DNA of 64,000 nucleotides from contig JBITNC010000001.1 in assembly GCA_050084985.1 (NCBI GenBank), forward strand, positions 141,918,001 to 141,982,000. Direction: 5' to 3'. The notes beneath the pieces were generated by a model. That model did not search any database, was not told the origin of the DNA, and saw only the letters and a list, made by a program, of their open reading frames with translations. This document shows positions 13,644-26,154 of the stretch, piece by piece (the first letter of the stretch is position 1; each line of letters opens with the position of its first letter). The translations under genes were made by a program, and so were the position numbers. This DNA is from Nageia nagi. Taxonomy: Eukaryota; Plantae; Pinophyta.

Positions 13644-15119
13644 TGTAATATCCTCATTTTTTAGGTATTTTTCCCATTTCACCTTTGATAAATGGGAACA
13701 TTAATTTAGGAGTGTTTTTATCAATATTTGTATAATTTGGATAAAATGATGTAAATTCTACTTATGATGAATTTGTGATACCAAGGAAACTATAATTATA
13801 AATGCAATATTAGTCTCATTAAATGAAGCATCATATATTGTAACATTGATGATTGTAATATTGGTATTAAATGTATCTTTAATCATTAGTGCTCCCCTCT
13901 TCAAGGTAGATCACCCTCCTAGGTGATTGCACCAAAAATGAGGATATTTGTAGCTCCAACAATGAACTTGATACTTCAAACTAAATGTTGGCAATCTCAA
14001 TGTAAGTAAATGAACCTAGAATATGTATGTTGGGATTTGGAGGATCCTAAGATCCCATATTGGCTACCTAGGCACATAGATTAATGGTGTTAATCACAAG
14101 GAAATCCAAAGGTACCCCCTCTTGTATGTAAGATTTTCTAGGCCCTCAAATGTAATTACACTTATCCCAAGGCTTCCTATCTTGGTCATTGCATATAGGA
14201 GCATACAAATCATATATCTTCACTATTGAATCATCCCAAAGAAATATTAGAAGATGATCATCCTCTCCAATAAAAGGAGAACTCATAACCATTATGAGAT
14301 ATGCTAAATTTAATTACAAATCCTTTTATTTCAGAATGAGTGGAGGCTCTATCTTTACCACTTATGGGGATACCTACATTTGATATATTAGAGGGAGAGG
14401 AGGCTACCTTAAAACTTACTCTATCCATATTGAGAGGAATACTATTGGTTTCATCATAGTTACCACAAAGGAGACTTGGTATTGCCTCACAACTTCTAGG
14501 ATTGGTGAGGCCTTGGAGCCATTTGAAATAACCCAATAAGAGATAGTCCTAGTACAAACTCCATTTGTTTGTGAAAATATTGTAATTGATCTACTCTTGT
14601 TATATTTAATACAATTACATTCTATTATTGAAATATTGTTATTTATCTCTCTATGGTTGGACATTATATTGTGGAGTAGTTTTTTCATTGTTCGAGTATC
14701 ATTTGTGCTCCCAAACTAGGACTTTGCATCTAGGGTAAAGTTTGTGTTGTTTAATTGCTATTTTTGGTACTTGATTGAAATGATAGAATACTAGGATAAT
14801 TATATGCTTGTTTGATGTATTCTTGCCTCCTAAATGTGAAATTGCAACTGGAGAGGTATTTTGCATTGTTAAAGTTACTAGTTGCTCCATAATTGGGACA
14901 TTAGATCTAGAAGTGTATTTTCATTGCTTAAGACCTATTTTTACTTCTCTATCTGGATGTTGGGTTTGTGTGTGATTTTTTAGAATATCATTGCAAAATT
15001 TATTAATCTTAGCTAGATATTGGAATACTTATGCAATTTTGAGCTTGCTTAATGTTGAAATCCAAACATCCCTCTCTTAGGGCATGTTTGAGGAGTGAGC
15101 CCAAAAATATTTTATCACA
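13644..15119 (+). repeat. 3' LTR of E2
   Basis: Starts TGTAATATCCTC after the PPT and ends TATCACA before the TSD. Confidence 0.9.
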
Positions 15120-15124
15120 AATTT

Positions 15125-16040
15125 TATGGTTTTTAATTACCTTGTAATATGTATGAAAAATGTAGAAGCATATAGAAGGAACATGAAATATTTGAAAATA
15201 TGCATACTAGAGAAATGATTTCATGTAATGTAGTGATTGTAGGATATGCACAAAATGGATTTTCTAAAAAGGATGTAGAGAATTTTAAGAAGATATAATT
15301 ATTAGGTATAAAACCCAACTCTGTAGTCCTTTCTAACATTCTTCAAACTTGTACCATCATGGAAGCTCTAGGAGAAGGTATGGACATCCATCAAAGAGTA
15401 GTTGAAAATGGTTTTTAATCACATGTGGTAGTTTTTTATGACTTGATAGATATGCATACAAAATATAAAAGAATACACAAGTCCTAAGAAATTTTTTACA
15501 AGATGCATGATGCAAAAATAATTTCATGGACTATAATGATTACAAGATATGCACAAAATGAGTTATTTGATAATACCATGGAGAATTTTAAGAAAATACA
15601 ATTTTTAGGAGTAAAGGTTGACTTTGTAATCTTTTCCAACATGTTCCACCATGGGAGCTCAAGCAAAAGGTATGGAAATACATAAAAAGTAGTGGAAAAT
15701 ATTTTTACATCGAATGTTGTGGTATTGAGCCTTAATAACATGTATGTAAAATGTGGAAGCATAGATAAGGTATACAAATTATTTAAAAAGATGCATGATG
15801 GAGGAAATGGTTTCATGGAATGCAATGACTATAGAATATATACAAAATGGATTTTATAAGAATGTTATAAAGAATTTTAAGTAGATGAATTTATCAAGTG
15901 TAAAACCAAACTCTATAATCATTACCAACATTCTTCAAGCATGTGCCACCATGGAATCTCTAGAAGGAGCTATGGACATACATCAAAGAGTTGTTGAAAA
16001 TGGTTTTGCATCATATGTGATGGTTGTGACTAGCTTTATA
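15125..16040 (+). pseudogene. PLS-class pentatricopeptide repeat (PPR) gene fragment, about 3 P-L-S triplets; a short 5' piece lies at about 8567-8595
   Basis: Repeating units of about 300 bp such as NMYEKCRSI..EIFENMH..ISCNVVIVGYAQNG..KPNSVVLSNILQTC..ALGEGMDIHQRVVENGF. Multiple stops and frameshifts. No E/DYW domain seen. Confidence 0.9.
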
Positions 16041-17290
16041 TTGTATTTTTTCATTCCATGAGATTATATTTCTTTAAGATATTTTCATAAAAAGTGTCAA
16101 TTCAAATTTGAAAAATCTATTCTATGCATACCTTGCAATCATTGTATTCCATGAGATTATGCATTTGTATTGAAATTGTTTAAAATATATTTTTAGTAAA
16201 TGGAGTAGTAGAGGTTGCAAAAAATATATATTTTGATTAACATCTATGAGATCTATTATGTTGTTGTAGAGAAGATTGAAATGTATTAGTACACACATTC
16301 ATATTTTCAATACATTTCATATATCATTTGATATAGTAGTGAGGGTAATAACTTGATTTTATTCTCATTTTTTGTGTTGTAATGGCATGAAATAAAGTTA
16401 GAGGGTTGTATGAACTCTACAAAGTATTTGTCAAATGTACCAAATATTGCAAGAGTTGAGAGAGGATGTAGTTCCAATATTTACATGGACAATAAGTATT
16501 ACAAAAATTTTCTATACTCTAGTTTCAATAGTACTCCCCTTGATGAGGACAACACTACATATATATTAGTAATTAGTATTATAAAATCTCACTAGAAATA
16601 AATATTGCAATTACTTTTATTACTAAAATTAGATTGCACATTAATTAAGATTAGATTCTAATTTTCCATTGTCTTGATCTCTTATGTATCTTGGAGAAAT
16701 GGTATATCTTTCATATCCATGAAATCAATATCCAATTTGGTAGGAAGGTAGTTCATTAGGAAATGAGAATTAACTTTACTCTTATGTACAAAAATACAAT
16801 GCAAAAATAGTAGTTTATGAATTGTTGAAAGAACTCAAAGCAAAAGCATTTCCTCCAACTGAGCCCCTAGTGAAGGCTCTTACTTCTATTGAGGCTACAA
16901 AATTATTAATAAATACTCTTTCATAATTTATCCATTATAGGATATTCAAACTACCTTAATTAATAAATAATTAAATAAATATAAAGTATAAATAATTGTA
17001 TTCTATGAGGATACAATCCGAATATTTTCAAGTGCATACAAGCAATGATTTATAAAATAAAGTGTTGAAAAATACTTTGTAATGATTTATCAAAGCTATA
17101 TACCATAATATTATAATCTTTATATATTAATGAAGTTGTTTATATTGTCTACATTCTTTAATAATGTAGTTTTCATTTATAGTGTTAGAATGGGATGTTT
17201 AAGTTTATGGAAGTTCAATGATAATGTATTAAATACTTATTATTTTTGAAGTTGCTGAGTATTTAGTAGCATTATTCTAGTATACTACAC

Positions 17291-17482
17291 CATCAAAGAA
17301 TATTTGAAAATGATTTTGCATCAAATGTGGTTGTGACTACCCTGGTGTTGTGGTTTTGCAATCCATAATATTTTATTTCTTTAATGTATTTTCTTAAAAA
17401 GTTTTAATGTATCATCAAGAAAACCATTCTATATATACCATGCAATCATTGCATTCCATGATATTATGTATATATATTTCAT
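17291..17482 (+). repeat. Diverged duplicate of 15981-16175 (PPR end plus adjacent non-coding DNA)
   Basis: CATCAAAGA..TTGAAAATG.TTTTGCATCA..GGTTGTGACTA..ATTCTAT..TGCAATCATTG.ATTCCATGA is colinear in both copies. Confidence 0.8.
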
Positions 17483-18189
17483 ATTCCTAAAAAGAGTTTT
17501 AGCTTCCTTAAGAAGCCCAATCTAGACATATCTTATAATAATTGAATTTCATGAGATGGTATCTCTCTATTACATTTTTTTAAAACATTACATTGGTTCT
17601 CTGAAATATTCCCAAACTTAGAATACATTTATATTAAATAATTCATCACAATAATATCCAAGTGAAAACCAATTCGTATTACTTTTTTATGGATATCAAC
17701 ACACTCTACCATGTCTAAATAGAGTTGGTGATGTAAGTCTATAGGAGTTGAAGACATGTTGGAGAGTGACAATTTAGGTATATAAGAGCATTAATATTAT
17801 TTCAAAGTTTTTAAATTATAAGAGGATGATTTTAAAATTACCTAAAAGGTAAGGGTTTAAAACCACCCTCAATGACATTTAATATGATGGTTCTTTGAGG
17901 TAATTTTTAGCTACCATCATATGTGGGCAACTTTTAATAACACCCTCATATACGATGATTGAAAAAACATTGTTAAATATATTTAAGAATGGGTTTATGT
18001 ATTCCCTTAAATTTCAAAATATAAATCCCTCCTTTACCCATTTAAACTAGAGAAATAGGTTGTGATGAGTCAAAAGTATGAGGGGTAAGAGCTACTTGGA
18101 GGAGAGTTCATTTGTGTACACAATTAATTCATCTCTCTAATGTAAAGTACAAGACATAATTATTAGAAATAACTTAAAAATATTGATAA

Positions 18190-18900
18190 AGATCATGATT
18201 CATCTCTAAAAAGATTATAGAATCTACCCCAAATCTGATAGTAGATATGAGATCAAAAGATAAAGTGGTGCATGATTACTACTTCTCCCAAAGAAAATAA
18301 TAATAGATTTTCTCCTCAAGAAATAGGTGATAGTTTGATTCAATTAGAAGTTGGTGAGAGAATACTTTGATCTATCCAATATAGTACCATATGCTATTCA
18401 TCATAGCTTGTTCAAGGTACTATGGAGGACCTATTTGACTTGCTTAGATATGAAGATAGTATTGTGGTAGAATTATAACTTGGGGTAGAGAGTAGTGATA
18501 TGAGAGATTTATATATAGCTTATATCCTTTCAAATATATTTAATTATATTACCCCATTTTATTTTGATATGGGAGTTGAGGGTATCCTAAGTAATAAAGG
18601 GGAATTCTACCAATTTGAATATGAATGTTGGTTAGAAGTGTACAAACTTGAGAAAACCAAACTCTTCATCACCTATAAAATCTATTTAAATTTTTTAATC
18701 TCTTTCATGAGTCTTATAAATTTGGCCTTTATTCCTAAACCATTTTCATTAGATCATTTATTGGATATAGAAAGAATATTTTTCTCAATTATGTATATAT
18801 ATTAGGTATTAGCCATGAGGGTTTTGAAAATCTCACTAAACCTTGTAAAATTGGAACTTTACCACACACATATGATATTTGGATCATATATCAATATATA
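18190..18900 (-). pseudogene. Highly decayed Ty1/copia integrase remnant
   Basis: Minus-strand traces of (SD)VCG, YTSN, TP..(Q)NGV and a KS..IF.G motif in copia integrase order. Confidence 0.45.
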
Positions 18901-19078
18901 GGGGATTGGATTTGAACTTAGGAATCCATTTACAATAGTTGGGAGTTTCCACAACCAAGGTTCGCAGAGACTCCTAACATGTGGAGATGATCAATTTTAT
19001 ATTATTCACTAATAAATATTTGTATTAACACCATAAAGATTTATAATTTTATAAAAATAACTTGTACTTGATAATTAT

Positions 19079-20885
19079 GGTAGGGAGGGGGAGGGTCAAA
19101 GAATGGATAACACAAGGATTGAAATAGGCATGCTAAGCAAGGTGATGAATGCATATGATGCCATATCCCTAGTTGATTCTATAGCATTGCCATATATTAA
19201 TCTATGAAGGACCATTGATGTAGGGGACCTGTGTACAAAAATGATTGTTAAACACTCAAAGCCCAACATTTTTTCTATTAAACATTCAAGGTGGAGCATC
19301 TTTATTTTAAGTTATGTTTTCCAAATGATGAGCATCATGACTAGATAGGAATGCACTATGCCAGGAAATGGGGATGAGTTCAAAGAGGATCCTAATGTGT
19401 AATGGGGAAATTAGAGGCTTCATTAAGGCTCTTGACAAACATAACCAAAAATGGTCTATGTAGGTTTCTATCTCTTGGGATGAAGTCCAAGTGTCGGTGG
19501 ATGACCATCATTTTAGAATTAGTAAAGAATTGATCTCATAGGATACAAGGATGGTTAATGATGGGATCAAACACTATAGGGATATTTAGTTAACCATCAA
19601 GGAGGTCCAAAACTTCCTCAATCTAGGTGAAACTATCTCTAAGAGAAGGGTATTTGCTTATGTGATTTATTATATTCCATGCCCATGGAATGAAGTCACC
19701 AAGTCTTTGGTTAAACTCTTCACTCTGAAAGGAAAACACTTGAAGATTAGTGACTTTCATTTCCCCTTGCTGGCCTATTTTAGAGGAAAGTTGTAGGTAA
19801 ATTTTCCATATTTCTTATATCATTTGATGAATTCCTATATTTGTAGGAATAGGGGATGAATGCCGCTCCATTAGGGATTAATTAAAATTATAGTTTTCTT
19901 TGCTAGGGGTAGCGATGAATTATTCCTTTGTAAATGGTTCCTTTGAAGCCTTAAGTAGATGACTCTTATCATGTACAATAGTACCTAAATTCTCCCTCCC
20001 ATATTTTTCTCAAGAACATGTCAAATATGATAGCCCATCAAACCCAAGGAGAGTTGAAAAACTATCATAGGAGACTTGGCAAACACTAATTGAGATCTCT
20101 AATGAATCAGATGCCTTGGAGTTAGTAGATTCATACTAGGAGCCTTCCCAAATAATGTAGGAAAATATAACCTCAAAGTTTGTGGAGGAGAATATTCCTT
20201 TGGAGATAGCTAAGGAGACTTTTCCTACAATGGAGGAGCCTTTTTCTTTGAATATTGTAAAGGAAACTTCACCTATAGTGTAGGAATCTCTACTTATGGA
20301 TATGGAGAAGGAGCATTTTCCAATGGTAGAAGATGTATCGACATTGGAAATTTTAGTAGCTACAGCTAAAAGGTACTTGGGCCATCTCAACTAGAGGGGA
20401 TTAGCTCTGGTAGGAAAATGCCTTTTAAATTCTTCTTTGACATCATATACTAGGGGAACTTAGAAGAATGGGACAACATCAAGAGAATTAGAGTGGAAAT
20501 TTAGAATGATGAGTTCATGATAAAAAAGAAACAAGCTTAAGTCTTCGTAGCCATGTAGCATGAAAAAATCCTAGAAATAGTCCTAATTCACATAAAGGAG
20601 GGATTCATAAAAATAGATTTGGTTATATTTTGGTTCACATTTGAGGTGCAGAAGAAAGTTTCAAAGGTCCTTAAGAATCAAAATTTGAATAAACATGCAT
20701 TATTATAGGTGGTAGATCCTACAAAGGAGGAAGATGACTAATATGGCATGAGAAGCCATTATGTTTGACCCTTTTTGACCAAAATGTGTATCAAATGTCC
20801 ATATATTGAAAATCTAAATGAAAGATAGGTTTTGAGAGCCCTGTATAAATAATCCCCTTGAATAAATTTACCATTATAAAAAAAT
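19079..20885 (+). mobile_element. 5'-truncated non-LTR retrocopy (LINE 3' end) carrying the ORF3-like gene
   Basis: Perfect 17-bp direct repeat TTGTACTTGATAATTAT at 19062-19078 and 20886-20902. An AATAAA and a short A-run (20878-20884) precede the 3' copy. Confidence 0.8.
19325..20741 (+). pseudogene. Decayed ORF of unknown function, homologous to the LINE 3' ORF at 46150-48065
   Basis: FKEDPNV...GFIKAL...IPCPWNEVTKSLVKLFTLKGK...HFPLLAYFRGK..VNFPYFL...PLH*GLIKII, then a 16-aa acidic repeat and a K/E-rich tail. Confidence 0.7.
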
Positions 20886-21114
20886 TTGTACTTGATAATT
20901 ATAAGTTTAAATTTAATAATTTTCAATAAAAAATACTTAATTGTATTTGATGGCCTATTATTGGAATATTATTTTGTACATCTACAAGCCCTTGCAAAAG
21001 AGATCAAGTTCAAGAGATCGAAATCGAATTAGAGATAATAAGGCCTCTTTCTTTTCTCCATGCTATTGAAATAATGTGATATTATTTTTTAAAACATGAT
21101 TTAATGTTGGTTTT

Positions 21115-22934
21115 TGTGATGAGCCATTTCTAGGCTCACTCCTCAAACATGCCCTAGGAGGGGACATTTGGATTCCAACCTTCAAACTAGCCATGAAGCT
21201 CAAAATTGCATAAGTATTCCAATATCTAGATAGGAATGATAATTTTTTCAATGATATTATAAAAATTCATACACAAACCTAATGTCCAAGTAGAGAAGAA
21301 AAAATAGATCTTAAGCAATGAAAATGCACTTCTTGATCCAATATCACAATTATGGAGCAATTAGGAACTTCAACAATGCAAAATATCTCTCTAGTTTTAT
21401 TGTCCCAACTAGGAGGAAAGAATATATAAAATAAGAATATAATTCTCAGAGTATTATAGCATACTAATTATGGAGTAAATATAACAAGTAAATAACAAAA
21501 ACTTCATCCTAGATGCAAAGTCCTAGTTTGGGAGCACAAATGATACTCGACTAGTGAAAAAACTACTCCATAATCTAATGTCCAACCATAAAGAGATAAA
21601 AAATAATATTTTGATAATATAATGTAATTATATTGAATATAACAAGAGTAGAGCAATTATAATATTTTTTTCAACTAATGGAGTTTGTATTAGGACTATA
21701 TCCTATTGGGTTATTTTGGATGCTCCAGGGCCTCATGAATCGTGAAAGTAGTGAGGCAATACCAGATCTCCTTTGCAACAAATGTGATGGAATCAATAGC
21801 GTTCCTATCAAGATGGCTAGGGTAAGTTTAAAGATAACATCCTCTCCCTTTGCACCTTAAATACTGGTTGCCCCACAAGTGGCAAAGATAAAGCCTCCAC
21901 TACATCCAAAATAAAAGGGTTTATAATCAAATTTAGCATATCTCATAATGATTATAAATGAGTTCTCCTTTTATAGGTGAGGATGAACATCATCTAATCT
22001 TACATTAAGATGAGATGATGATGGATAGGTGTGATCCATGTGCTCATATATGCAATATCCAATATGGGGAGCCTTAGGATAAGTAAAATCATATTCGAGG
22101 GCCTAAGAAAGCTAATGTCTAAGAGGGGGTGATTTGAATTACCTCATGATCAATGCCATCAATCCATGAACCTATGAGGCCAATGTGGGATCTTGGGATG
22201 CTCCCATTCCTAATGTTCATATTCTAGGGTTTTCTACTTACATTGAGATTTCTAATGCCTTATTCAAAGATCCAAGTCCATCCTTGGAGCTTCAAATATC
22301 CTCATAGTCAATGAAATCACCTAGGGGGATGCTCTACCTAGAAGAGGGGAACACTAATGAAGACATACATTTAATGTTAATATTACAATTAGCAAGGTTA
22401 GAATATGAAATACCTCATTTAATGAGACTAATATTGTATTTATAGTTATAGTTTTCTTAGTATCATAAATACAATATTATTGGCATTTTATTAATTAACT
22501 AAATTAGTCCTTTCATGCTAAAGTAGGCCCAATATCCCATAATTGGAATAATTAACTAATGTATAATTGGAACTTACAATAGAAGGCTTATTACAATGTA
22601 ATGATCTTAACTAAATATAAAATACTCCTAAATTAACCAAGTAATCATTGTACATCCTTAAAGAGAGGATGTAACCTTTCTAGGAGTAAACTGGAAAGAG
22701 AAGTCTAGATTCCCGTACATACATATGATATGAGTAGATTGGTTTGATAGGTGAACTTCAAAGTGCCATAACTTCCTTATTTATTTACCAAAATAGATCA
22801 TGCAACCTATGAAAATCATTAGCATGAGGTCCTCTCTCCATTCTGTATGTTGATACATCCATTTATGTATTGTAGAAGATGTAATATTATCAAAACCAAA
22901 AATGAATGAAACCTTAAAAATTGGAGATATTACA
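21115..22934 (-). repeat. 3' LTR of E3
   Basis: Reverse complement of the E2 LTR over most of its length. Termini TGTAATATCTCC...CTCATCACA. Confidence 0.88.
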
Positions 22935-23499
22935 AGACCGCCACTCCAAAATTACTTGACCTCAAGCAATGTTAAAACATATGCTAAGTTTATAATATTC
23001 TAATTTATTTATCAAGTAGGTTCTTCATGATTCCCCTATGCAATTTTGATGTTGCATGCAAAAATTATCATCACAAAGGTTCCAATTCCTTGTTGCCATT
23101 CAAGGATGCCAAGAAATACCATGATGTATTCATGTTGTTCTATAGAAACCTTACAAAATTATATACCAAGTATATTAGATCCTTTCCACCCCTTATTGTA
23201 TAATTTAATGTGCTCTAAAATAACCAATTAAATTGAAAACTATATATATGATGTTTAATGGCATGGCATCATGTTCCCAAACCTCCAACATCTTTGCTAT
23301 AATAAATTCTAAGTTCAATGTATAACATGATACCTTCATGTTGTAATCCTTCTCCAAGGGTACCCATAACATCTTTATAATCTCCTCCTTGAGTGGTGCA
23401 ACTCGAATGTTACTCATTTGAAAACCTTTGTATAATATTATAGCATAAGAAGTACCCATAATCCTAACATCTGAACTCTGCACTTCAAGTGATAAATTG

Positions 23500-24801
23500 T
23501 ATTCCACTTGTTACATAACAACATCCTCTTTCCTCTATACCTTCCTATCATTAAGCTCATATTATAACTTCATGTTTATGTCCATTGATTTGTCCTTATC
23601 CCTTTGATCTCTATCCAATGATTGATATAAGCAAAAATTATCTTCTTTTAGAAGCATAACCATCTCTTCCAATTGAAAATTTCTCCTAGAAACTTCATTT
23701 TATCTTTGCTTGATATTATGAAGTCTTACTTGATAATGAAGTTAGTTTTCCATATAATTTTTTTGCAATATTCCATATTCCTCTTTGATAGTTATTACCT
23801 TTATTATATCCATAAGCAATGCCTTCTCTAATTGTTTGATTTTATCAAAAGATGCCACATTTATAGTCTTCATATTTTTATTTTCTTGAAAAAAATTCTA
23901 TAGCTCTCTCTTCTTATCAAGTAAGATATATTGGAGCATAATAATTTATACTTTCATGTTCTTGATATCAGATTTGGCTTGGCTTGCATTAGATTTACCT
24001 TCTTCAAGAGCAATCACTAGTTTAACAATTTCCTTCTTTATGTCTTCAATCTTAAGTTCTACCAATCAGTTATGTTCTACTAATTTATTTTCCCTTTTAT
24101 TCCATGTTTCCTTGGATCTTTTAACTTCTAAGTATGTCCTTTTAAATTTATTCTTAGCTTCTTCAACTTTAGCTCTAGTCTTATCCTAAAGGGCCTGATA
24201 CTTTACCTTTGTATCTTTAACTACCTTTTGAGTGAGCCTGATCAACTTATCCTTATGACTCAATTCCTGATAGATTTGTGACATCTCTATAATATTTAGT
24301 TTGATGGTTGAATCATAGTCAAAATTCTTCCTATGAAGAAGCTTGATTTCTTCTTCCTTTTATTAAAGAGAAGATTCAAAATTTATCTTCAATGATTTCT
24401 CTCTTTGCTGCATCTATTGTTGTAGTATCATGGCATCTTGCAATTCCACTTGAGATCATTCATATTTCTCCTTCCATTCGTAACTCTCCCTTTTTATTTC
24501 CATAAAATCTCCATCTATATCATCATACTTTATCTCTAATTATTCATACTCACTTTCTAAATTATTCAAGCTTTTGGTTGCCTCCATGAGATCTTTCTTC
24601 ATGTTTATTAGCTTATTACAAAGAGTGTTTACCTCTTCTTATTTCTATGTGTCTTTCTCTTGATATGGTGGAATAATTCTTTCTTCTTTTTGAACCATAT
24701 TCAAACTTTCCCTCCTCTTTTTTAGAAATGCCCTAAAGTTGTTCATATCTTTGTAATTTTATGACTCTATCTTGCTAATTAATTTCCTTTTAAGTTTCCA
24801 T
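23500..24801 (-). pseudogene. Decayed long coiled-coil ORF (cargo of E3)
   Basis: EEVNTLCNKLINMKKDLMEATKSLNNLESEYE*LEIKYDD...WKEKYE*SQVELQD...KTRAKVEEAKNKFK...LKIEDIKKEIVKL. Composition is K/E/L-rich and heptad-like, and the stops are explicable as C>T changes in Gln/Arg codons. Confidence 0.65.
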
Positions 24802-26154
24802 GGTGTAGATACCACCATGAAATTTAGTTAGTATAAATAAATTGGCTCCCTTATTTTTCAATGTCCTCCTTCCAATGACTTGTGGCTTCAATATTATTAG
24901 AAAATAGTGGCCAATATGCTCATGAAACCTTGTATATTTATCAATACTTATTTTTCATGATAAAATGAGTTAATACTTATAAGTAATGACACTCATGATG
25001 TAGCTAAAATATCTAATCAGCCTCAACAAGCCAATGTACCACTTCAGGTGTTCCCAAAATGTAGTAAAAGTGTCAACATTTGGCCTAAGGATCTCTCAAA
25101 ATACCAAGATATCCTTTGAAATAGATTCAATCTATGAACATTTGGTCTTAATTGATCTTGAAAAGTAGAATAGATCTCAAAACTCCTCCAATGTACCAAC
25201 ACCCATCCATAAATTACCCTAAAATATAGTATAAGCCTAAAACTTTTCCTAGTTGGCCAACATCCTCCTTTAGGTGGCCTCATAATGTAGAACCAACATA
25301 TGAAAAGTATCCTAATCACCAACATCTACCTTCTAAATAGCTCAAAATGTAGAACTACACTAAAAAATGTCCTCAGTAGTGCAACATCTAACCTTTAATG
25401 ATTTAAAAATGCAATGTACAGCCTCAAATAATCCTAGAATACTAATTCAAGCATGAAAATCCTCTAAGAATACCAATATATATCTCTTGTTGGTCTTAAA
25501 ATATAGCTTTATGCATAAAAATACCCTTAGAATACCAACATTCTCCTTTAAGTACCCTCAAAATACTAAATGAGCTATCAAACAACTCTCAGAACACTAA
25601 TGACTAGCCCCATATGGGCTCAAAATCTCCAAACACACCTTATTTTTCCCTTAAACTTAAAAGTAAATTAAGAATGAACTTCAAATTGTAATAAAAGATG
25701 TAAAATTTATCAAACATATACCTTTTCAAGCTATATAAACCTCCTTAAAGCCTCAAAATTTGGAATTAGGACCAAGAGATGCCCAATGACTTTCCAAACA
25801 AATGAGATAGGGCTTCAAGATCCCTAATGACTTACTTTGATCATCTAGATCCTTTGAAACTCCTTTAGAATGACCACTATAATGTTAGGTCAACTCACTC
25901 CTCAATAGGACAATAATAACTCTTTGTAAATAACACTATGATTAGATATAATATCATAATGAGTCTTTTATAGCTCCTCCAACTCCTCTAGCAATCTCAT
26001 TCAGTAGCAACTCATCAACTCTTACCCAATAGTAAGGGAAAGATCTCCATTTTACTCAGTAATTCTTTTATGTGTGATACCATTATGGTGTAGGTATCTA
26101 GTCTTTAGTCTCTCTTTAGCTTTACTTGAAACCCTCCATGAATGATGCCATCCA

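Larger units (their letters stand above)
8596..15119 (+). mobile_element. Non-autonomous Ty3/gypsy LTR element with gag and protease only (TR-GAG-like), element E2, inserted in a PPR pseudogene
   Basis: LTRs 8596-10148 and 13644-15119. TSD AATTT at 8591-8595 and 15120-15124. Degenerate iMet PBS near 10150-10162 and PPT GGAGGGTGGAC near 13632-13642. The flanks rejoin into PPR coding sequence. Confidence 0.92.

Noticed and set aside
14258-14890. ORF-track calls inside LTRs (also 8788-9027, 21063-21251, 21678-21860, 6989-7174)
   Set aside because: Short chance frames in LTR DNA that are not kept open between LTR copies.
15125-16040. Functional PPR gene
   Set aside because: Multiple stops and frameshifts, an LTR element inserted at its 5' end, and no start or C-terminal domain.
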